In this document: piece by piece, positions 16,638 through 25,706 of the stretch
Numbering within the stretch: the stretch's first letter is position 1
Layout of the letters: the number at the start of each line of letters is the position of its first letter
DNA from: Bacteroidales bacterium
GTDB taxonomy: Bacteria > Bacteroidota > Bacteroidia > Bacteroidales > VadinHA17
Assembly: GCA_038248855.1 (NCBI GenBank)
Contig: JBBRXA010000002.1
Location: forward strand, 45,060 to 109,059
Direction of reading: 5' to 3'
DNA length: 64,000 nucleotides
The notes under the pieces: model-generated
The model's database searches: none
Told to the model about the DNA's origin: nothing
What the model saw: the letters and a program-made list of their open reading frames with translations, nothing else
Position numbers and translations under genes: made by a program

Positions 16638-17818
16638 TGGGAATATTCATCATACTGATATTAACTGATCTCTTTATCTGGTGGCGGCTGCTTGCCGACA
16701 TCAGAAACCGCAGAAGCGTTGCCTTTGTAACCGTTGTTGCGGTAAAAACTCTGCTGACAGCACTGCTCCTGTGGCTGATTGCCGGAACGATCTTATACCG
16801 CGGTGAATTCGCCACTCCGGCCAATGCATTCAGGCACATCTTCTTCGGGGCTGTAGCGGCCCTCACTATAACCCTCGGAATATCCTGGGCGGTCATCAGC
16901 ATCATCGCGCGTCTGCTGGGATGCATACTTCACCGCAGACTCACGGGTGCTGTATGGGCTAACATACTGTTTGCCGGGATACTGACAGTTATTTTTACCG
17001 ACGGGTTTTTCAGGCAGCGGTTCGATGTCAGGATCATCAGCAGGGAAATAAAGGTTGACAAGCTCGATCCGAGGCTTGAGGGGATGAAACTGGTTCTTAT
17101 ATCTGACCTTCACCTTTCTTCATTTCACGGCCATTACAAAAGACTTGAGAAAGTAATGGAAACCGTCAACAGTCTGCAGCCTGATATGCTTTTCAATACC
17201 GGCGATTTCATAACCTACGGATGGCAGGAGTTCGGAGGCTGCGACACGATTCTTAATAAAGCCCGGGCCGCTGGCGGCTCATTTGCAATTGCCGGCAACC
17301 ACGACGACGGCACCTACTATCCTGACTATAATGACGCCTACGGGGCGGAGTGTGCCAGGATGATTGAAAGTAAAGTTGCGTCCTCGGGCTATACGATGCT
17401 GAATGACAGCTCCGTAACAGTCACCTTCAACGGTGCTCTTATAAGGGTCGCAGGCGTGGTTACACACGGTCATAAACTTGATATGAGGTACGGTGACTTT
17501 GCAAAAGCCCTCGCCGGTCCTGACTCCGTCACACTTAAAATACTGCTGGTCCATGATCCGGCTGCCTGGGACACGGTACAAACCTTTCCGGGCACGGTTG
17601 ACCTGGTTCTTTCCGGTCACACCCACGGAATGCAGATCGGCCTTCCCACCCCGTGGGGAAGGATCAGTCCTGCCTCATTCTTTCATGATTACTGGACTGG
17701 ACATTATGAATTCAGCGGAACGGATCTCTATGTAACAACCGGGCTTGGCACCATGGGCATTGCCGGGAGGATCTTCATGCCTCCGGAAATAGTTTTGATG
17801 ACATTGACGTCAGAATGA
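16637..17818 (+). CDS. Membrane-anchored metallophosphoesterase (calcineurin-like)
   Basis: About 5 N-terminal hydrophobic helices, then the LISDLHL, GDFITYG, AGNHD and GHTHG motifs. Its ATG overlaps the upstream TGA by 1 nt (TGATG). Confidence 0.85.
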   Translation: MGIFIILILTDLFIWWRLLADIRNRRSVAFVTVVAVKTLLTALLLWLIAGTILYRGEFATPANAFRHIFFGAVAALTITLGISWAVISIIARLLGCILHRRLTGAVWANILFAGILTVIFTDGFFRQRFDVRIISREIKVDKLDPRLEGMKLVLISDLHLSSFHGHYKRLEKVMETVNSLQPDMLFNTGDFITYGWQEFGGCDTILNKARAAGGSFAIAGNHDDGTYYPDYNDAYGAECARMIESKVASSGYTMLNDSSVTVTFNGALIRVAGVVTHGHKLDMRYGDFAKALAGPDSVTLKILLVHDPAAWDTVQTFPGTVDLVLSGHTHGMQIGLPTPWGRISPASFFHDYWTGHYEFSGTDLYVTTGLGTMGIAGRIFMPPEIVLMTLTSE

Positions 17819-17875
17819 AGCCTGACAGTCGCTTCATTTATATAAATTTGTGCTTTGTAATTTTATACCTGATCC

Positions 17876-19456
17876 ATGAAAATTAAAGTAGCGCTGCTGT
17901 TAGCCGCCGTTTGCATTGCTTCCGGAACATTTGCACAGAAGAAAGCAATCAGTTCAATCAAAAAAGAAGATGCCGTCGCTTACATGAAGTACCTCTCCTC
18001 GGATGCCCTTGAAGGACGCAGAACCGGCAGTCCTGGCAACGATACAGCTGCGGCATATATCAGTTCCGCTGCCCTTGAACTGGGAGTAAAGCCGCTGCCG
18101 GGACGAAGCGATCTTTTCCAGACCCTTGAATACCTTAAAATATCAGTCAAACCTGACAGTTCCACAATAACTGTCGCAGACAGCACGGGCAAAAGTTATT
18201 TCTCCGCCCCTGTAAGATCCATGATGTCTCCTGCCGATGCACTAAAGCTTTCGGGTGAAGTTGTCTTTGCAGGTTACGGGTTCCTGAATACTGCAGAAAA
18301 GTATAACGACTTCGAGGGGATATCCCTGACTGACAGGATCGTGATCATAATGACCAGAACCCCTGATCTCAAAGGTACAGGACTACCGGTGGAAGGTGCC
18401 GGAATTGACGAGATGACCGAAGCCCGCAAGCTGCCCATGATATTGATGCAGCGCGCCAAAGCCATCCTGTTTGTCTCAGACCCGGCACTGGCTGATGAAA
18501 CCGTTGCCGGGAACCTTGCAATGAACAGTTCGTATAACGTTGTGCCCCTCTTTAAAAAGCAATTTTCATTCACATTAAACGCTTATATTGTCACCAGGGA
18601 AGCTGCTGACATGCTCCTGAAGGCTTCCGGCCAAACCCTGAAATCACTTCAGGCAAGGATTGCAGAGACCAAAAAGCCGGCTTCGTTCCTCTTGCCGGAC
18701 ACCAGGGCTGAGGTGAGTATTAAGGTCAGCAAAGATACCGTGACAAGTTCCAATGTTGTCGGATACATTGAGGGATCTGATCCCGTGCTGAAGAATGAGT
18801 GTGTGATCTACAGCGCCCATTTTGATCATGTAGGGATTGACGGCTCAGGTAACGTCCTAAACGGGGCCAATGACAATGCCTCGGGCTCAATCGGTTTGCT
18901 CAACGTAGCGAAGGCTTTTTCATCACTTGACAGGAAGCCGTTGAGAAGCGTAGTATTTCTCTGGACTACCGGTGAGGAAGAAGGCCTGCACGGCTCTTCG
19001 TACTATGTCGATAATCCGCTCTTCCCGCTGGAAAAAACAGTGGCCAACATAAACTTTGACATGATCGGAAGGTCGAGGATGGCAAGTGACGTAGGGGCAT
19101 CCCTGACAGGTGAAATGGATATTACCGGCCCCGATACAATAAAGATCATCTCGGCACGCGAAAGCACCGGATTCCTGAATTATGCCAAAGAATCATGTTT
19201 TGAAAACGGACTTTATCCCATCGATGAAGGAAAGGGTACACATTTCTCCGGGTCAGATCATTATCAATTCTTCCGGAAGGGAATCCCGTCACTGTTCTTT
19301 TTCACAGGACTGCATCACGACTACCACCAGAAAACCGATGACTTTGAGTTCATCGATTTTGATAAGCTTATAAAGGTTTCGAAGGCCGGATTCCTTACCG
19401 GCTACAGAGTGGCAAACGAACAGGCGAGACCGGTGATTGACAATCCCTCAAAATAA
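17876..19456 (+). CDS. M28-family aminopeptidase with PA domain, secreted
   Basis: Signal peptide. HFDHVG, NDNASGS and EEEGLHGS zinc-site motifs. 526 aa. Confidence 0.85.
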   Translation: MKIKVALLLAAVCIASGTFAQKKAISSIKKEDAVAYMKYLSSDALEGRRTGSPGNDTAAAYISSAALELGVKPLPGRSDLFQTLEYLKISVKPDSSTITVADSTGKSYFSAPVRSMMSPADALKLSGEVVFAGYGFLNTAEKYNDFEGISLTDRIVIIMTRTPDLKGTGLPVEGAGIDEMTEARKLPMILMQRAKAILFVSDPALADETVAGNLAMNSSYNVVPLFKKQFSFTLNAYIVTREAADMLLKASGQTLKSLQARIAETKKPASFLLPDTRAEVSIKVSKDTVTSSNVVGYIEGSDPVLKNECVIYSAHFDHVGIDGSGNVLNGANDNASGSIGLLNVAKAFSSLDRKPLRSVVFLWTTGEEEGLHGSSYYVDNPLFPLEKTVANINFDMIGRSRMASDVGASLTGEMDITGPDTIKIISARESTGFLNYAKESCFENGLYPIDEGKGTHFSGSDHYQFFRKGIPSLFFFTGLHHDYHQKTDDFEFIDFDKLIKVSKAGFLTGYRVANEQARPVIDNPSK

Positions 19457-19475
19457 TAAAAGCGGCAGGCACCGG

Positions 19476-20180
19476 ATGAAGGCAAAAAAGGTGAAAATAG
19501 CCTCCGAAGAGGTAGAATATGACATTGTCAGGTCTTCACGCCGAACGGTGGCGCTTTACATTAAGCCCGGGGGCAGCCTCCTTATCCGGGCCCCGTGGTT
19601 TGTGCCCGCTTATATTCTCCTGAAATACGTTGAGTCGAAAGCACCGTGGATCACCAGGCACCGTGAAAAGCTGAAAGACATTAAGCCTGATCAGACAGAC
19701 CTGCTGCTTAATGACGGTGATACAGTACCGTTTATGGGAAGCGAGCTTACAGTCAGGACTTCTGAATCGCTGAGAAACAGCGTCTCGGTTTCCGGAAATG
19801 AACTCCTGGTTGCAGGGCCGGGTATCCCCGGCTCACCGCTTAAAATTACTGCTCTCACTGAAGCCTGGTATCTCAGGGAAGCGAAGGAATATTTTGAAAT
19901 ACGGACGCGTGAACTGGCCGGTCAGTACAGCGACAGGCTGCCTCAGCCATCTTCCGTAAGCGTCAGGAAGATGAAAAGGAGGTGGGGTACCTGCAGATCC
20001 AACGGAGCGATACTGTTTAACCGACAACTTATAAAAAAAGAAAGGGAACTGATCGATTCAGTAATTATCCACGAGTTGTGTCACCTGGCGCATCACAATC
20101 ACGGGAAAGAGTTTTATGCCCTGCTTGAAAGCATTATTCCTGATTACCGTGAGCGCCGCCGCGACCTGCGAAACCTGTAA
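19476..20180 (+). CDS. YgjP-like (DUF45/M48-type) zinc metallohydrolase
   Basis: HELCHLAHHNH zinc motif near the C-terminus. I chose ATG 19476 over the ORF-track start at 19437, which overlaps the upstream gene. Confidence 0.75.
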   Translation: MKAKKVKIASEEVEYDIVRSSRRTVALYIKPGGSLLIRAPWFVPAYILLKYVESKAPWITRHREKLKDIKPDQTDLLLNDGDTVPFMGSELTVRTSESLRNSVSVSGNELLVAGPGIPGSPLKITALTEAWYLREAKEYFEIRTRELAGQYSDRLPQPSSVSVRKMKRRWGTCRSNGAILFNRQLIKKERELIDSVIIHELCHLAHHNHGKEFYALLESIIPDYRERRRDLRNL

Positions 20181-20262
20181 CCCGTTACTTCGCTCACGGT
20201 AAACGGAATCGTAGAATCTCTGGATACTTACAAAAGCAATGGCAATGCCCGTCCTGTAAATA

Positions 20263-20973
20263 TCAGACAATGTTTGTAAAGACTGCCTGGATGTCATCGT
20301 CATCCTCAAGCCTGTCAAGCAGTTTTTCGACATCAGCCAACTGCTCCTCGGATAATTCGACGGTATTAAGTGGTATTCGCTTCAGTGAGGCCTTTTTCAC
20401 TTCAATGCCCTTGTCGTCAAGTGATTTGGAAAGAGACCCGAAATTGGTATAGTCACCGTAAATATAATAAGTACCCTCATACTCCTCCACTGATTCAAGT
20501 CCTGCTTCAATCAGCTCGAGCTCAAGGTCCTCCGCGCTCATGTTATCAGGCCTGTCGAGCTCGAAGACCGCCCTCCGTGCAAACATCGACCCCAGCGAGC
20601 CAGTAGGCACCACTGAACCGCCGTTTTTATTGAAATATGCTTTCACGTTGGCAACTGTACGTGTGTTATTGTCTGTTGCAGCTTCGGCAATTACAAGCAC
20701 ACCGTGAGGGCCCTTTCCCTCATAGATCACTTCGGTAAAACTGGCAGTGTCCTTACCTGCGGCTCTTTTGACAGCAGCGTCAATATTATCCTTGGGCATG
20801 TTCTGCGACTTGGCATTAAGGATCGCAGTCCTAAGCCTGGAATTCATCTCCGGATCCTGTCCTCCCTCCTTTGCTGCCATGGTTATTGCCTTGGCAAGCT
20901 TTGGAAAAAGTTTAGACATTTTGTCCCATCTGGCCTCCTTGGAGGCTCTGCGATATTCAAATGCGCGTCCCAT
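20263..20973 (-). CDS. YebC/PmpR-family DNA-binding regulator
   Basis: [24 protein letters not shown]-terminus and a 236-aa length are characteristic of this family. Confidence 0.9.
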   Translation of the reverse strand: MGRAFEYRRASKEARWDKMSKLFPKLAKAITMAAKEGGQDPEMNSRLRTAILNAKSQNMPKDNIDAAVKRAAGKDTASFTEVIYEGKGPHGVLVIAEAATDNNTRTVANVKAYFNKNGGSVVPTGSLGSMFARRAVFELDRPDNMSAEDLELELIEAGLESVEEYEGTYYIYGDYTNFGSLSKSLDDKGIEVKKASLKRIPLNTVELSEEQLADVEKLLDRLEDDDDIQAVFTNIV

Positions 20974-20976
20974 ATT

Positions 20977-21005
20977 AGTCTGAAGTCTGAAGTCTGAGAG
21001 TCTGA
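20977..21005. repeat. Heptamer microrepeat (AGTCTGA x4, one copy offset by 2 nt) abutting the yebC-like start codon
   Basis: The sequence reads AGTCTGA AGTCTGA AGTCTGA GAGTCTGA. It begins 4 nt upstream of the minus-strand ATG. Confidence 0.7.
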
Positions 21006-21155
21006 TCCGTCGAAAGGCGGGCTGAAGGTCAGAAATCTGATAATGGTTTTCTTTTATTTAAGGAGGCAAAAATACAACCTGATTTTGAGATATTTCAGGC
21101 ACCTTTAAAAATTCTTTGCAGTGAGGGTCATAACACCCGCTGCATGCAGTGAGGG

Positions 21156-22388
21156 TCAGCCGAAGAAGAGATAAGCGATCAGGATACTGGCGATCACCCC
21201 GGCAATGTCGGCTATGAGCCCGCAAACCACTGCATACCTGGTGTTTTTAATACCCACTGATCCGAAATAGACTGCCAGGATGTAGAAAGTTGTGTCTGTC
21301 GAACCCTGGAAGGTACAGGCCAGACGGCCCACGAACGAATCGGCGCCGTAGGTGGTCATTGCATCCACCATCAGTCCGCGCGATCCGCTGCCGCTCAGGG
21401 GCTTCATGAAGGCCGTGGGCAGTGCCTCGGTAAAACGCGTGTCGAATCCCATCCACCCGAAAAATGACGAGATTCCGTGGACTATCATATCCATGGCTCC
21501 TGAAGCCCTGAATATCCCTATTGCAACCAGTATGGCAATGAGGAACGGTATTATTTTTATCGCAGTGCCGAAACCCTCCTTTGCTCCTTCGATGAATGCA
21601 TCGTAAACATTCACCTTTTTGATCATGGCAAGGAGTATAAAGGAGATGATAATCGAGAAAAGTATAAAGTTTGCCGCGAAGGTTGAGATAAGGGTTATCT
21701 GCTCCTGAGGGATGGTGCTGAAGTACCAGACCATTCCGCAGATGACTGCTGCCAGTCCTCCTACATAGGCCAGCACTACCCTGTTGAGAAGGTTAATCTT
21801 CTGTGCCACGGCCACGCTGATAAGCCCGGCCAATGTTGCCACGAACGTAGCGATGAGTATAGGAATGAAGATATCAGCCGGATTTGCGGCGCCTAGCTGT
21901 GCACGGTAGACCATTATGCTCACAGGTATTATTGTAAGTCCCGAGGCATTGAGAACCAGGAACATTATCTGCGCGTCAGAAGCTCTCTCCTTTTCAGGGT
22001 TCGACTCCTGCATCTCTTTCATAGCCTTTAATCCCAGCGGCGTGGCTGCATTGTCAAGCCCCAGCATGTTTGCGGCTACATTGAGCATTATTGATCCGTG
22101 GGCTGGACTGTCTTTGGGAAGCGAGGGGAATAAACGGTTGAAAAGCGGGCCTATCACTTTTGAAAGGTGGTTTACAACCCCGCCCTTCTCTCCTACCTTC
22201 ATCAGGCCCATCCAAAGTGTAAGCACTCCTGTCAGGCCAAGGGATATTTCAAAACCGGTTTTGGCACTGGAAAATGTTGATTCGATTATCCTGTTGAATA
22301 TGTCGGTATTGCCGTTGAAAATGAGTTGTGCAACGGCGAAAATAAAACCGATCAGGAAAAAGGCTATCCATATATAATTTAAAACCAT
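21156..22388 (-). CDS. Nucleoside-recognition-domain membrane protein (fused SpmA/SpmB-like)
   Basis: 410-aa polytopic membrane protein. Its N-terminal and C-terminal halves resemble the SpmA and SpmB Gate domains. Confidence 0.7.
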   Translation of the reverse strand: MVLNYIWIAFFLIGFIFAVAQLIFNGNTDIFNRIIESTFSSAKTGFEISLGLTGVLTLWMGLMKVGEKGGVVNHLSKVIGPLFNRLFPSLPKDSPAHGSIMLNVAANMLGLDNAATPLGLKAMKEMQESNPEKERASDAQIMFLVLNASGLTIIPVSIMVYRAQLGAANPADIFIPILIATFVATLAGLISVAVAQKINLLNRVVLAYVGGLAAVICGMVWYFSTIPQEQITLISTFAANFILFSIIISFILLAMIKKVNVYDAFIEGAKEGFGTAIKIIPFLIAILVAIGIFRASGAMDMIVHGISSFFGWMGFDTRFTEALPTAFMKPLSGSGSRGLMVDAMTTYGADSFVGRLACTFQGSTDTTFYILAVYFGSVGIKNTRYAVVCGLIADIAGVIASILIAYLFFG

Positions 22389-22453
22389 TGCGGCGTCATT
22401 CTGAGTACTTAAAAATAGGGAAAAAATTGATATGGTACCTGGATCGGATAAAA

Positions 22454-22837
22454 TCAGAGCTCCTCAACCTCTACAATTTCAAAAGGCACGTGCAGGATAG
22501 TCCGGAAATCTTCCCCTGCTTCAAGCATATTATCGTCGCCGTTCTCACAGAACCACCGGATAAGAACCTCGCTGTTGTCCTGGTACAGCTTCTCGAATTT
22601 TTTAAAAAGTGCATGGATCCTGTTCGAGGAGCTGGTGTTGAAAAACTCAAACTTCACATTCAAAACGGTCCTGTCAGCCGGACTGGAGGAATAAGCATCG
22701 AGGTAATCAAGCACCGGAGTGTAAAATCCGAACGAATTTTCCGGTATTGACTTCCCTTTGATCTCAAAAAGACCATGATCCGGGTCAAAACTGATTGACG
22801 GGGTCTTCGATGTTTCTCTTACAATGTACTTTTCCAT
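22454..22837 (-). CDS. DUF1987 / SiaC-like partner-switch protein
   Basis: 127 aa with TPSISFDPDHGLFEIKGKSIPENSFGFYTPVLDYL, characteristic of the DUF1987 family. Confidence 0.7.
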   Translation of the reverse strand: MEKYIVRETSKTPSISFDPDHGLFEIKGKSIPENSFGFYTPVLDYLDAYSSSPADRTVLNVKFEFFNTSSSNRIHALFKKFEKLYQDNSEVLIRWFCENGDDNMLEAGEDFRTILHVPFEIVEVEEL

Positions 22838-22985
22838 TTTTCTTTAGCCGAATGTATAAATTTAGATAATTATTAAGAAAATGACAAATCAAAATCTCAG
22901 GAGTGGTGTTCACCCCAAAAACAAGTTCTTTTTGTTACTTTTGAAGAGATAAAAACTGAACTATTATTTTCAGACACCTGTGCGG

Positions 22986-25706
22986 ATGAAAAAAGGAAGT
23001 AGCTGCCTCAGTCATGTCTTTATTTTGGCATTGTTACTGGGGGGATTTTCAACTGTGTCAGCGAAGGACATCAATCTGACGGGTATTGTCACAGACGGGA
23101 CAGGTGCCACGATAGCAAATGCGAAGGTATCGTTCTTTATCAACACTACTGAATTTGCCGGACTGACAGGAGTTGACGGGAAATATTCCGTCAGGGTATC
23201 CGGTACATACGGTGATGTTGCCGGTCAGTATGAAGCAGGCAAACCCTTTCCCAATCCCTTCTCCTACTCCGTCAATATCCCCTTCGTCATAAATGTGGCG
23301 GGTGACATTCAGTTCTCCGTCTACAATATGTCAGGACAGAAGATCAGGGAGATCGCATTTCCGTCGGTATATGCCGGAAGCTACCGCCTTGTCTGGGACG
23401 GACGGAGCCAGGACGGGTCACCGCAGCGTCCCGGACTCTACTTTTATTCGGTAACCTTCAGGGGCAGGACCTACGGTGGCAGGCTTGTCAGGGCGGCAGG
23501 TATCTCGTCTTATGCAGCGCATACGGGCCTCGAGCCGGTAATGATGCCCATGGAGTCGGCACCGGCAGAGTTCAGACTCCGTTTCCAGATCATCACACAG
23601 GTTACAAAGACGGGCTATTATCCTGTAAGGCTGACAGACATTACCGTTGCCAGGGACACTGTCATTGACTTCGTCATGGCATCAGAGCAATCCCTCCCGT
23701 TCAAGACCTCAGGTGATTATATAGCTATGCACGCCCTGACCGGATACAGGTCTTTAATGCTGAAAGGGATGAACCTCGGTTCATCACCTCCGGGATATTT
23801 CCCGGGTGAGATCGCTTACGCCATTTCCCCTGAATTGTATGAACAGTGGATAGAGCGCATAGGCAGAGCAGGATTCAACAGCATAAGGGTTTACACCCTC
23901 CATCCTCCGGTGTTCTATGAGAAGCTGGCAGACTACAACCAGAGGCATCCTGACGACCCGCTCCTTCTGTTTCAGGGCGTCTGGCTTGAAGAGCAGGAAG
24001 ACCCGTGGGATCCGGCAGCATATGACCTCACCCGGCGTGTCACCGCATTTGGCAGGGAAATAGAGGAAGTAATAGACTGTCTCCACGGCAGGGGAGATAT
24101 TGCCTACAGGGCAGGAAAAGCCTACGGTATTTACAGGTCCGACATGTCACGCTGGACCGCCGGGATCATCATAGGCAGGGAGGTAAGCTCGCAGGAAGTG
24201 GACTCAACTGATCACTTTCATCCTGCTAACAATACATTTTCGGGCACCCAGTTCAGCATCACGGGAGCAACGGCCACAGAAGTCTTTGTCACGCAGATGC
24301 TTGACAAAACCGTCACATATGAAGCTTCAAAATACGGTGTCCGCAGGCCTGTAAGCTTTTCCAGCTGGCCGACGCTTGACCCCCTGGTTCATCCTACGGA
24401 GATTTATACTGAGGAGGATAAAGCTTCGTTTGACATAACCAAGATCAGTGGGGCAGATGAGTATGCAGGCCTTTTTGCCAGCTACCATGCTTATCCGTAT
24501 TACCCGAACTTTATCAGCCAGCAGCCTTCATACCAGGCTTACAGCGACAGCTTCGGTCCTGACAGCTACCTCGGTTACCTGACAGATCTCAGGAACCATT
24601 ACGGCAATATCCCGCTCATCATAGCAGAATACGGTGTGCCCTCGAGCTGGGGCAGCGCGCACCAGTCGTTCAGCAATATGCATCACGGAGGCTGGTCAGA
24701 GATTCAGCAGGGAGAAAAGAATATCAGGATGCTGAACAATATGATAGAAGCAGGATGCGGCGGCGGATTCATGTTCGCCTGGATGGATGAATGGTTTAAA
24801 AGAACCTGGATTGTTCTTTATCTCGAAGCTTACGGAACCGGGTCAGGCGCAGACATTATTGCCACAAGGCAGCTGTGGCACAATGAGACGTCGGCGGAGC
24901 AGAACTTCGGGCTCCTTGCCTTTGAGCAGACAGAAATCCCCCCGTTTGAAACGTACGCCACTGATTCTCCCTCCGGACCCGTCATCGCTGTCAGGGCGAC
25001 CCACGATGAGAGCTTCTTCTACCTCGATATTGAATCAGCAACAAATCTGACAGCATCCGATGAGCTGATTATTGCCTTCGACACTTACCTGGAAGGCACC
25101 GGGGAATCCAGGCTGTCCAACGGAGCGACTGTTGCCAACAGGGCTGAATTCATGTTGCAGGTGAAGCTGTCAGAAGATACGGCACTGTACCACGTGACTG
25201 AGGCTTATGATATGAACGGACTGACGATCAGATTCAATCATTCCAACCCGGCGGTGCAGAAGTACAGGAGCACAGTCAGTGACGGCGCTCTCTGGAAGGT
25301 AATGCAATGGATAAACGACGGATTTGAACTGACCGTGGATAACATAGGCCTCCTGCCTGTAGAGCACGCCGCAATCTTCAGCGCCGGTAACAGGGCAGCT
25401 GTTGCGTGGAGCGGCAACAAACTGAATATCAGGATACCGTGGACAATGCTATACTTCAATGATCCCACACAGATGAAGGTAAATGACGGTGCAGTCTCAT
25501 ATGACGGCGGGTATAACTTTGATATAATCACCTCCACTTCAGACGGAATTGCGGTATCAGTTCATCACAAGGGGACTGTGACCAATACTACCAACCGTTA
25601 CAGGTGGCCGCTCTGGCTCATTGTACCTCCGACAAAGATAAGGGAGAAAGGCTCGTTACAGGTTGTCGAACAGGGCCTCTCACTTATTCCGGGTTTCATC
25701 AATTAA
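22986..25706 (+). CDS. Secreted multidomain glycoside-hydrolase-like protein (CarboxypepD_reg-like + T9SS-tail/FlgD-Ig-like + clan-A-like TIM barrel)
   Basis: Signal peptide. INLTGIVTDGTGATIANAKV (carboxypeptidase-regulatory fold). IQFSVYNMSGQKIREI...GLYFYSV (Por-tail-like sandwich). Then a GMNLG...GFNSIRVYTLHPP core with candidate Glu sites IIGREV and IIAEYGVPSSWG. I preferred ATG 22986 to GTG 22980. Confidence 0.6.
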   Translation: MKKGSSCLSHVFILALLLGGFSTVSAKDINLTGIVTDGTGATIANAKVSFFINTTEFAGLTGVDGKYSVRVSGTYGDVAGQYEAGKPFPNPFSYSVNIPFVINVAGDIQFSVYNMSGQKIREIAFPSVYAGSYRLVWDGRSQDGSPQRPGLYFYSVTFRGRTYGGRLVRAAGISSYAAHTGLEPVMMPMESAPAEFRLRFQIITQVTKTGYYPVRLTDITVARDTVIDFVMASEQSLPFKTSGDYIAMHALTGYRSLMLKGMNLGSSPPGYFPGEIAYAISPELYEQWIERIGRAGFNSIRVYTLHPPVFYEKLADYNQRHPDDPLLLFQGVWLEEQEDPWDPAAYDLTRRVTAFGREIEEVIDCLHGRGDIAYRAGKAYGIYRSDMSRWTAGIIIGREVSSQEVDSTDHFHPANNTFSGTQFSITGATATEVFVTQMLDKTVTYEASKYGVRRPVSFSSWPTLDPLVHPTEIYTEEDKASFDITKISGADEYAGLFASYHAYPYYPNFISQQPSYQAYSDSFGPDSYLGYLTDLRNHYGNIPLIIAEYGVPSSWGSAHQSFSNMHHGGWSEIQQGEKNIRMLNNMIEAGCGGGFMFAWMDEWFKRTWIVLYLEAYGTGSGADIIATRQLWHNETSAEQNFGLLAFEQTEIPPFETYATDSPSGPVIAVRATHDESFFYLDIESATNLTASDELIIAFDTYLEGTGESRLSNGATVANRAEFMLQVKLSEDTALYHVTEAYDMNGLTIRFNHSNPAVQKYRSTVSDGALWKVMQWINDGFELTVDNIGLLPVEHAAIFSAGNRAAVAWSGNKLNIRIPWTMLYFNDPTQMKVNDGAVSYDGGYNFDIITSTSDGIAVSVHHKGTVTNTTNRYRWPLWLIVPPTKIREKGSLQVVEQGLSLIPGFIN

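Noticed and set aside
20181-20262. A hairpin, CCCGTTAC...GTAAACGG, between the convergent ygjP-like and yebC-like genes as a terminator
   Set aside because: The stem is short and imperfect and has no flanking T-run, so it is too weak to call.
21118-21158. The direct repeat GCAGTGAGGGTCA (21118-21130 and 21146-21158) as a regulatory repeat
   Set aside because: There are only two 13-bp copies. The second overlaps the stop codon of the membrane-protein gene. The intervening sequence can partly pair with the first copy, so this is most simply a sloppy terminator region. There is not enough signal for a separate claim.
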